DNA of 58,483 nucleotides from Pyrinomonadaceae bacterium (GTDB lineage Bacteria; Acidobacteriota; Blastocatellia; Pyrinomonadales; Pyrinomonadaceae): NCBI GenBank assembly GCA_036566625.1, contig DATCWB010000576.1, positions 1 to 58,483 of the forward strand, read 5' to 3'. Shown piece by piece: positions 52,901 to 58,483 of this stretch (position 1 is its first letter; each line of letters starts with the position of its first letter). The notes under the pieces were generated by a model. It saw only the letters and a program-made list of their open reading frames with translations, ran no database searches and was not told where the DNA came from. The position numbers and the translations under genes were made by a program.

Positions 52901-55900
52901 TCGCGCTGGTAGCCATCCAGGTAGAAACCGCTCGGCTCGCGGCCGAACAGCCGTTCGTAGAAAGGTGTGCCACGGTAAGGCGACTCGTGATGCAGTGAGT
53001 CGTGTGCAAATTCAATCGGCTCTCCGCTCGTTCGCAGGATACGGCCGCGAATTCGATAATCCGGATTCAGCTCGTTCTCGCATAAGCGCCGTTCGACCGT
53101 TGCGGTGATGCGGTCGCCGGCGGAAACGAGAACACCCGGATCGAAGACCGGCAGGAAAACAGGTAACCAGCAATATTCATATTCCAGTGTATTAATCACT
53201 TCACCGGCGATAGTATGCAGGTTGAGCCAGACGAGAAATCCGTCGAGCCGGGCGTCCCGCTCGACGATCATCTCGATGGAGTGTGTCTCTTCGAGTGGCA
53301 GAGGCTTATTGAAATCGAGGTCTTCGAAAACCGCTGCGCTGGAGATAAGGTGCGTGCTGTCGAAGTTCTTGACGCAGAGTCGCAAATCGAAGGGGCGGCC
53401 GATCTCGTTGAAAATCCTGGATACGTAGGAGCCGGGCATTTCGTTGAAACCGGGATTCTTGAAGAGTGAATCCGGCATCGTCGTGGCAGCAATTTTAGTG
53501 ACACTCTGCGCGGGAAGCATGATGCCGTCGGGCTTCAGAAACCGACGCGCGTTGTTGATCAGGAGTGCTGCGCCTTCACATCCTCCGATTGGCCCGACAA
53601 TCTCCGAGACACAGACATCGGCAAGCTCAGGCAAGGTTACCTGAGTTGCGTCGCCGTGAATCAATTCGATTTTATCTTGCAGGCCGAGCCTGGCGACCAA
53701 CTCCGAAGCATCGCGAAATGCCTCGTCACCGATCTCTATCGCGTAGACTTTCCGCGCGCCGGCCTCGACGCAGAAACGCGCCAGGATGGCCTCCTTGCCC
53801 GTGCCCACTTCAACCACGACCTTATCTTTGACAGTTTGCCGGATGGCAACCTTGTAACTGTGATTGCGGCGTTCATCATGTGCCAGCGCGTGGTAGAGAA
53901 GATCGTCGTAGACAAAGTACTCGGCTACCGACGGCCACAACTCCAACTGCGTGCGACGTATTGAGTCCGGCTCCTGGAGTTGTTGAAACCTCGCTCGACT
54001 CAAATTGCCGTGGCGATCTCTGACCTCCAGCGCAGCCAGCGAGTCGTGGGCAATTAATGTCGGAGCGCTGAAACAAACGACCGGTTGCAGCAACGCTCTC
54101 GGCTCCTCGTCCAGCATTGACCCGACCCGGTGATGCTGCGCATCGAGACCGATGAGATACGAACCAGAGCCTAGCCGCAGTCCCGCCAGGAGAGCATAGA
54201 GACCCTCCTTAAGCGAGACCGGATAAAAACCGGAGGCGCGGGCGATTGGCGTTGCATCGCCAGATAAATTGTCAGCCACATGGCTCCACAGCGACCATGC
54301 GAAGTTGTAAACGCGCGCCGTTTTATCGGCGCGGAGTTCATCGGTCAGGGCTGTCACATACGAAGCCGCTGCCGAGATCGCGCCGACGGTCGCGCCACCG
54401 AAAAAACCGTTGGCGGAAGTGAAGGAGATGAACAATGAAGCCGGCCGGCTGCGTGCCATTGCACACAAGTGACGGCATCCACGGACATCGCCGGCAAGAT
54501 CGCGGTCCAGGGTTTCGGGTGTTTCCTCCGCTAACGCTCGTTCGCGGTACAGACCGGAAAGATGAACGAAGCCGTCGAACTCTCCCTCAAGACGCTCAAA
54601 CTCGGCGATCCGTTCGGGCAACTCGTCCGGATGCTGGTAGTACTCGACGGTCACACCTGCGGCCAGATTAACTTCCGTCCCGGCCTGCTCCCGGCGTGTC
54701 GAGTCGTCAAGTAACAGCACTCGCGCGCCATGTCTGGCCGCAAGGTAACGGGCAATCTCGACACCCACGCCGTCGAGACCACCGTGGATGACATACCGGC
54801 CTCCGTCCTTGAACGCAACCGAGCCGTTCAGATCGTTTATCGACACTTGCTCCAAGCGAGGCAAAAATCGCCCGTTCACACGCAGTGCGATTTCACGTTC
54901 GGCCGGATCGGCATTGAACTCCTCGACAAGCGCGGATTCCAGACACGGTTCATCCGGCGCATCGACATGACGGCACACGAGCCAGGGATGTTCGGCAGCG
55001 ATTGTCTTGAGCAGGCCGGAGATAACGCTGCGTTCCGCGATCAATGAATCATGCGCCGAAACAACCTGGGAACACGAAGTCAGAACGTCGAGTCGGATGG
55101 ACTGCCCGGCCTCCTTCGAATCGTTCAGCGCGCGAACCAGCGCCAGCAAATCCAAACCACACGCCCCCAGCGAATGATTGGGGTGCGCCCCGCCGTCATG
55201 GTTATCGGCCGTGCCGTAATTCCAGCAGTGAATGATTCGATCCGGAAAGCGTCCCGAGTCGCGCAAACTTTGTAACAGACGGTGATAATCGTCGTATTCG
55301 GCCGGTCTCAACTGATAATGGTCAGCGGCGACTGTGGTGAAGCTGTCGCCACACTCGACACGAACACAGCGCGTTCCGCCCTCCTGCAACGCAGCGCCGA
55401 GTGCCCGGCTGGTGGTCGTCTCAGCGGCCAGTAACAAAGCCGTCGCAGACCTCGGGTGAATGTCGGCCGCACGCCATTGCTTGCGCCGCCATGTTTTGCG
55501 GAAGAACCAATCCGGCATCGTGTTCTCATTTGCCATCAGCAGATCAACCCGCCGGAGAACGTCGGCAAATTCGCCCCGGTTGAAGCGCTCGGTTATACGC
55601 GAGCGGAGAAGCTTCCCGATTGGCGATTTGGGAATATCTTCTTTGGCTACGGGCAGCAGAAAGTCGGGCTTCAAGCCAAGTCGGCGCGTCAGGGTCTGGC
55701 GGATATTTCCCAATAGCTCGTGAAGATGAGAGTCTTCGCCGGCAGGCGTATGAAAGAAGATGGCTAGTTTCTCGGTTGCCGTTGACTCGGGCAAGACGGC
55801 GCAAGCGGCGCAGAAGCTGGCGCTGACGCCGGCCACTTCCTGAACCACCGCTTCGATTTCACTGTTATAGAAATTCGCTCCGTTGACAATCAGGCTCTCC

Positions 55901-57801
55901 TTGGCGCGGCCGGTCACGACCAACTCGCCTTCGGAGAGAAACGCCAGATCGCCGCTATCAAACCAACCGTCGTCGCGAAACACGGCGCGAGTGGCGGCCT
56001 CGTCCTGATAATAGCCGGCAGATACCGCGTCGCCGTGGATGTACAACCGTCCGATCCGGTGTTCCGGCAGCGTGTCGCCTTGCCCATCCACGATTTTGAT
56101 CGTGACGCCGGGAATCGGAGGGCCAAGACTGATAAACGGAATAGCGTCAGGATGCCCCGCCGCGAGCATTACCAGTTCGCCGTCCAGAGAATTGCGGTCG
56201 ACATTGAAGACACGCAAACTCGCCTGTTCGTGCGTTTGAAAATACGTGATGCCTGAGCCGGTTTCGGCCATGCCGAAAGCAGGCTGTATGACGGACTTCT
56301 TCAGCCCGTAAGGAGCCAACTGTTCGAGGAATCTCTCGACCACCTTCAGTGAGACTGACTCGCCGGCCGTGAGCAGCGTCTTCAGACAGGACAAATCCCA
56401 TGTGTGATCGTGACTCTTTTCCAGTGCTTGACTTATGAGCGAGTACGCAAAGTTCGGCGCCCAGCTATGCGTACCGCGAAAACGGTCGATCAGCTCCAAC
56501 CATCGCAGCGGTTTGGCAAGCACATACTCCTTCGGCACATAGACCATCGTGCACCCGGTCGGCACGCAGCGCAGATGCCAATCGGAAATGCTGCCGATGT
56601 GATCCAGCGGAAGCCAATTGATTACAACGTCGTTTGACCCCCAACCACAGAGCTGGTTGACACCCGCCGCCCGCCGCAGTATGCAGCGATGCGTGAGCAT
56701 GACGGACTTTGGCGTTCCGGTACTTCCAGAGGTGAGATTGAAAAATGCAACGTCATCTGCCTGTGCCGCGTGGTATCTGCCGTCGGGCGCATGCTTGCGG
56801 AGCGACTCCAGCTTGATCAACTTGCCGGAATCCAGCTCGCTTGCCAGTTCGGTCGGGTTGCGCACCGGCGACACGACCACCCACGGGCGGCCGAGCGTTT
56901 CCCAAACCCGGCACAACTGCTGGAATTCGCGGTCAGACTCGTGATATGCCTTGGGAACCGCGGCGATGACCGGCACAAAACCGCCCAGGATGCATCCCCA
57001 AAAAGCCTCTAGAATCTCGTCATTGCCGACTAATTGGAAAATGACTTTCTCACCGGCCGAGACGCCCGCGGCGCGTAATCCGCCGAGAATGCGTTCGCCG
57101 CGCCGGAGCAGTTCGCCATAGCTGAGCTTGTGGTGTGCGCCCTCGTCGTCAACGATGATTATGCGTTCGCCCGGCTCGCGTTCCGCCGTTTGTCTTAGCG
57201 CCTCAACCAGAGTCGGTGGCGCCGCATAACGCGGGTCGCGCGCCGCGCCCGCACGGCAGGCGAGCGGTCGCGGCAGGCTTGGACTCTCGCGGGTAGCCGG
57301 ATTGGGCGATTTCAGTGTCGCATCCCGAACCGGGGGCGATTGCAGCGCATTCCATTGTGGCAACAGGTCTGAAAGGTGTAGGCGCGGCGACGCCAAGTCT
57401 CGCTGACGGGCAACCACCGCCACCCGGCCGATTTCCGGCAAGCGCGCTAAGGCAGACTCCCACTTGTCGAGCAATTCCTGATCGACAACTTCAATCTTCT
57501 TCAAGACCTTCGAGTCGACATATCCCTCGTCATCCAACGCCAAAGCGGATACCGGGATCAACTCCACGCTGCGCTGTGCCAAAGCGGAGACTTCGCGCTG
57601 CAACCTTTGCAGACGCTCGACATTCACCGGCCAGTTTGGCACCACCCATGCCGCGAGAATTGGGTCTTTTGTCGCTTGCTCGCGAACTGAAACTTCACAG
57701 GTTTCAATCGCCGAATCCTGTAGCAACGCCGAGCGGACTGCGGCTACCGCAGCGGCGAGGTCAGCTTCAGCAACGCTTTGTCGAGGTTGTTGAACTATCA
57801 T
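46948..57801 (-). CDS. loading module plus first PKS module: A-sub relic-AL-KR0-MT(PRMT-fold)-T-KS-AT-DH-KR-ACP (3617 aa)
   Basis: The ATG at 57801 is the first start after an in-frame TAA 17 codons upstream. A weak GGAG lies 11 nt upstream. Motifs: TSGSTGTPK/GMAETGSG/PKSPIGK (acyl-AMP ligase), FFELGGHSL (T), QTACSTT/HGTGT/NVGH (KS), GHSVGQ/HAFH (AT), HRVFEAVVTP (DH), TGGLGGVG/LDD (KR), GMDSL (ACP). Confidence 0.9.
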   Translation of the reverse strand: MIVQQPRQSVAEADLAAAVAAVRSALLQDSAIETCEVSVREQATKDPILAAWVVPNWPVNVERLQRLQREVSALAQRSVELIPVSALALDDEGYVDSKVLKKIEVVDQELLDKWESALARLPEIGRVAVVARQRDLASPRLHLSDLLPQWNALQSPPVRDATLKSPNPATRESPSLPRPLACRAGAARDPRYAAPPTLVEALRQTAEREPGERIIIVDDEGAHHKLSYGELLRRGERILGGLRAAGVSAGEKVIFQLVGNDEILEAFWGCILGGFVPVIAAVPKAYHESDREFQQLCRVWETLGRPWVVVSPVRNPTELASELDSGKLIKLESLRKHAPDGRYHAAQADDVAFFNLTSGSTGTPKSVMLTHRCILRRAAGVNQLCGWGSNDVVINWLPLDHIGSISDWHLRCVPTGCTMVYVPKEYVLAKPLRWLELIDRFRGTHSWAPNFAYSLISQALEKSHDHTWDLSCLKTLLTAGESVSLKVVERFLEQLAPYGLKKSVIQPAFGMAETGSGITYFQTHEQASLRVFNVDRNSLDGELVMLAAGHPDAIPFISLGPPIPGVTIKIVDGQGDTLPEHRIGRLYIHGDAVSAGYYQDEAATRAVFRDDGWFDSGDLAFLSEGELVVTGRAKESLIVNGANFYNSEIEAVVQEVAGVSASFCAACAVLPESTATEKLAIFFHTPAGEDSHLHELLGNIRQTLTRRLGLKPDFLLPVAKEDIPKSPIGKLLRSRITERFNRGEFADVLRRVDLLMANENTMPDWFFRKTWRRKQWRAADIHPRSATALLLAAETTTSRALGAALQEGGTRCVRVECGDSFTTVAADHYQLRPAEYDDYHRLLQSLRDSGRFPDRIIHCWNYGTADNHDGGAHPNHSLGACGLDLLALVRALNDSKEAGQSIRLDVLTSCSQVVSAHDSLIAERSVISGLLKTIAAEHPWLVCRHVDAPDEPCLESALVEEFNADPAEREIALRVNGRFLPRLEQVSINDLNGSVAFKDGGRYVIHGGLDGVGVEIARYLAARHGARVLLLDDSTRREQAGTEVNLAAGVTVEYYQHPDELPERIAEFERLEGEFDGFVHLSGLYRERALAEETPETLDRDLAGDVRGCRHLCAMARSRPASLFISFTSANGFFGGATVGAISAAASYVTALTDELRADKTARVYNFAWSLWSHVADNLSGDATPIARASGFYPVSLKEGLYALLAGLRLGSGSYLIGLDAQHHRVGSMLDEEPRALLQPVVCFSAPTLIAHDSLAALEVRDRHGNLSRARFQQLQEPDSIRRTQLELWPSVAEYFVYDDLLYHALAHDERRNHSYKVAIRQTVKDKVVVEVGTGKEAILARFCVEAGARKVYAIEIGDEAFRDASELVARLGLQDKIELIHGDATQVTLPELADVCVSEIVGPIGGCEGAALLINNARRFLKPDGIMLPAQSVTKIAATTMPDSLFKNPGFNEMPGSYVSRIFNEIGRPFDLRLCVKNFDSTHLISSAAVFEDLDFNKPLPLEETHSIEMIVERDARLDGFLVWLNLHTIAGEVINTLEYEYCWLPVFLPVFDPGVLVSAGDRITATVERRLCENELNPDYRIRGRILRTSGEPIEFAHDSLHHESPYRGTPFYERLFGREPSGFYLDGYQRELYRNLGELPLTAEGAIDRDMLPVAERAGGGREAYVAPATETERKIAGIWQEILDVGQVSLHGNFFELGGHSLLLVQMHGRLRDEFDSPVTLVDLFKYPTVSSLAQFLDSGKEVCATAATLGRVQAERRRSRRSSAEDETDIAVIGMSCRFPGADDVETFWNNLARGVESITFFSDEEIVRSGIDARTARDPNYVKASSVLADVAGFDPDFFGLSTREAVLMDPQQRLFLECAWEVLEDAGYDPLRYPGLIGIYAGASMNTYLLNQVYPNRGTLDTRDDLGVTTLDSLGGFQLMIGSDKDYLPTQVAYRLNLRGPAVNVQTACSTTLVTIHLASRSLLDGECDICLAGGASVKVPQKAGHLFQDGMIVSPDGHCRAFDARAQGTIFGSGVGVVALKRLRDAVADGDHIYAVIKGTAINNDGGTKVGYMSPSGDGQASVAAEALAVSNVSPESISYVEAHGTGTELGDPIEIAGLNQAFRGERPRPGTCVVGSVKTNVGHLQIASGVAGFIKTALALHHAQIPPTLHFQKPNPAIDFDSTPFYINTELIDWQVPNGKRLAAVNSLGIGGTNAHVILEESPRPTAGGNELERSGHLLTLSGKTEAALWQQASRYVDYLGRHPALEAGDVCFTANAGRHHFDYRLAVSGRTTADLRNALAEKLRQHQEGSAPVVPVAGAEPRVVFLFTGQGAQYAGMCRELFETQPTFRRTIERCQEILSKILDVPLLHLLYPERYGATNGRGDLINQTAYTQPALFAVEYALAELWRSWGIEPAACLGHSVGQYVAACVAGVFSAEDGLTLVAERARLMQELPERGAMAMVHAHRNEIATLLACGQGLVSVAAVNSPSNTVISGSQGALEQVLSGLDAAGVKWQMLATSHAFHSRLVEPMLDEFEKRAATISFSPARIPVISNHDGMPAGDEITMPAFWREHAREPVRFMDGIKHLERQGYSLFVELGPHPALLSVARETWSGPDAKWLPSCRRNRSDWDSLLASVSELHLLGCTVDWQGFDRDYRRRRVRLPTYAFQRRQCWLEAPTREASSEATSQSVLLRSTKTNGHPLLGRRIRSAVTLYESELSVDAPVWLKDHRVFEAVVTPAAATLEMVLAAATAHFKTSAVKIEDAAIHRPLIMPPAGRCTVQLILDPGEGETAAFRILALDESSGEDEWKLHMSGNVSAYHRQPHVPSQNGHYLRQPSGAVPGQQWYRQCREWGADFGAAFFSIEWFQHGNDTTHSSISVPEHLADYDGYCLHPILLDGALQTAVASLPEGGVHLPLSFERLEIRSTPTRRAFCKVQQRELRGSATPQVDVELLDEQGELLARIVGLTLRRASREAIGAAPPTAVERYQVVWKPADLKPPATASTGKARRYLIISDCKASAESVVERFHHAGAFCTVGLQATSFAHPAADEFYLNLDRPDDIRKMLDAVTKGERLDAVLFLSLAAGTTGTDTATDTPPELTERDCGRLLNFVQAAARLEAVNGPSFCVVTRDAQPVGNPTEPVDPAKSALWGMANVISLEHSEWRTLLVDLALDSSEQDLKFVVDEVLSRSGASTNEGEDRVAYRAGRRHVARLLPSVFAARHDQFMIRGDACYLITGGLGGVGLKLAQWLAEQGAGTIILAGRRPVRESAEPELQKLRQSRARIIIEQLDVTDAGQVAALVARINSEVAPLRGVIHAAGLLDDAIIMRQRAEQFLRVLQPKTSGAWNLHVQTQHLALDFFLLCSSMASITGSPGQSNYSAANAFLDGLAWYRRQRGLPALSINWGQWDAVGLTSRGDAGNRWQLEGFGKLSVEQALSHLNDLIRSTAVQVGVSTIEFSKLPDLFQRLPLLRAFARPKTESQQGNRLFRDRLDAAPAGRRRALLDKFVQENVAAVLGVEARELTDRRAGFSSLGMDSLATLELRNRLQAGLCESLPAALAFHYPNVETLVNFLATGLIKDDDATNDEPAGVAPERPSVQSHSRSDLTQLLAERMAALKDTLDRPNDG
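47107..52485 (-). other. PKS module 1: KS-AT-DH-KR-ACP
   Basis: KS 51178-52485 (Cys1956 at nt 51934-51936). AT 49882-50868 (Ser2411 at nt 50569-50571; HAFH = malonyl type). DH 48922-49740 (HRVFEAVVTP, LDGALQ). KR 47602-48804 (LDD motif = B-type; Tyr3369). ACP 47107-47334 (Ser3527). Confidence 0.85.
52576..57801 (-). other. loading module (mosaic)
   Basis: aa 1-130: relic of an A-domain C-terminal subdomain (nt 57412-57801). aa 215-745: ANL/FAAL-like acyl-AMP ligase (nt 55567-57159). aa 775-1230: KR-like domain with a dead triad (nt 54112-55479). aa 1285-1610: PRMT-fold MT (nt 52972-53949). aa 1641-1656: A10 relic ELPLTAEGAIDRDMLP (nt 52834-52881). aa 1668-1742: carrier, Ser1705 at nt 52687-52689. 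Confidence 0.8.
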
Positions 57802-58483
57802 CTGGGGGAGAACTCCAGTGACGCCGATTTCATCCAGCGATAAGGTTGGGTGTTATTCTGCCGTAATAAGCGGGTTCGAATTGTAACGGTTAATCGATGA
57901 AGCCACGGTCAACTGAGGTAAGCTAACATCAACGGAATTCGTTAGGCGTATTGGCATCTACATCTTGCCGGGGACGCGAAACGTCTCTGTTTTCCTGCGA
58001 TTCTTGCAACATGGCGCGCCTCAAAGGCCGCATCTCGGTCAGAGTGCTTTGATTAATATGAGACACTGCCAGCCGACACAGTTTTGCTGTGCCGGTGTTT
58101 CATCTCATAGCTTACATCCTGCTCACTTTCACCACCGGAGCCATACAGAATTGTCGAGTTATTGGTGCGCTGAAACGCCTTTACTACTCATCCCGCCTCG
58201 TGTCCCGCTAAGGGCTTAATGGGGCCGGGGCGTAGTTGCTCCTTTGAGGATCGGAGTCTTTCCCGAACAATACGGTGAACTAGCCTCTCAAGCGCACCTG
58301 AGTCTCCTCCACAGTTAGGACTAATGTCAAGACCTTTTATTCAAGGGGAGTGTCTAAATCAAAGCAGCAAGAGGCGCAGGGTAGCGCGGGTGCTTGCGCT
58401 TCCTCAGTTGCCGTGCATTGTAGCAGCGCACGAATAGGTCAACCGCTCGACGCAGAGCCTGAATGCACCGTGAAAAGCAGCGT
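57802..58483 (-). promoter_or_regulatory. upstream region with no credible ORF; presumed promoter/leader of the megasynthase operon
   Basis: No credible ORF on either strand. An AT-richer stretch at about 57830-57960 lies directly upstream of the first gene. No consensus -35/-10 pair with proper spacing was found, so no element is positioned. Confidence 0.3.

Noticed and set aside
1130-57801. Classification as a trans-AT PKS.
   Set aside because: Every PKS module carries an integrated AT region. Five are intact with GHSxG and HAFH, and only module 4 is degenerate. No tandem ACPs or trans-AT docking remnants were seen.
58417-58442. Minus-strand TTGACC ... TACAAT promoter-like pair.
   Set aside because: The spacer is only 14 nt and the pair lies 616 nt upstream of the first ATG. 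It cannot be supported as the operon promoter without data.
1-58483. CRISPR arrays, tRNA/rRNA genes, IS elements, transposases or integrases, and an MbtH-like small ORF.
   Set aside because: I saw no direct-repeat/spacer periodicity, no cloverleaf-like or rRNA-like segments in the short non-coding stretches, and no transposase-like translations. No roughly 70-aa ORF carries the MbtH signature. Repetition in the window is explained by paralogous PKS/NRPS domains.

Overview
The 58.5-kb window is essentially one biosynthetic gene cluster. From nt 57801 down to nt 1130, seven genes lie on the minus strand, separated by -4 to 60 nt. Six are giant cis-AT PKS/NRPS genes (3617, 3783, 3025, 1044, 4108 and about 2927 aa). 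The seventh is a 343-aa AspH/LpxO-family Fe(II)/2-oxoglutarate beta-hydroxylase. Reading catalytic motifs directly from the translations gives one loading module and 11 extension modules (6 PKS, 5 NRPS): [A-subdomain relic]-AL(FAAL-like)-KR0-MT(PRMT-fold)-T | KS-AT-DH-KR-ACP | KS-AT-DH-cMT-KR-ACP | KS-AT-KR-ACP | KS-AT0-ACP-AMT-LLM(Ox) | C-A(Asn-like)-T | KS-AT-T | C-A(Gly-like, N-MT inserted)-T | C-A(unassigned)-T-E | C-A(Gly)-T | dock-C-A(Gly-like)-T | KS-AT-KR-T-TE. All five intact ATs carry the malonyl-type HAFH motif. If the genes act colinearly (an inference), the product is an acyl-primed polyketide-peptide. It would carry a beta-amino, possibly alpha-hydroxylated, acyl unit, an Asn that may be beta-hydroxylated and is extended to a gamma-amino-beta-keto unit, a sarcosine-like residue, one D-residue, glycines, and a C-terminal gamma-amino-beta-hydroxy acid released by the TE. 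The most unusual part is the mosaic loading module. It contains a protein-arginine-methyltransferase-fold domain with an intact double-E loop, a catalytically dead KR, and two relics of adenylation C-terminal subdomains. Next most unusual is the aminotransferase module, which has a dead AT (GHSxG reads GRGLG) and an AMT-luciferase-like-monooxygenase didomain. Flanks: nt 315-1070 (+) is a lower-GC hypothetical gene with its own SD and a candidate promoter and operator. Nt 57802-58483 is a 682-nt region with no credible ORF upstream of the first megasynthase. I saw no RNA genes, CRISPR arrays, mobile elements, transporter, PPTase, MbtH-like gene or discrete AT. No database search was possible, so family assignments rest on remembered motifs. 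Domain borders are approximate (about +/-30-90 nt). Active-site coordinates were checked against the nucleotide sequence.
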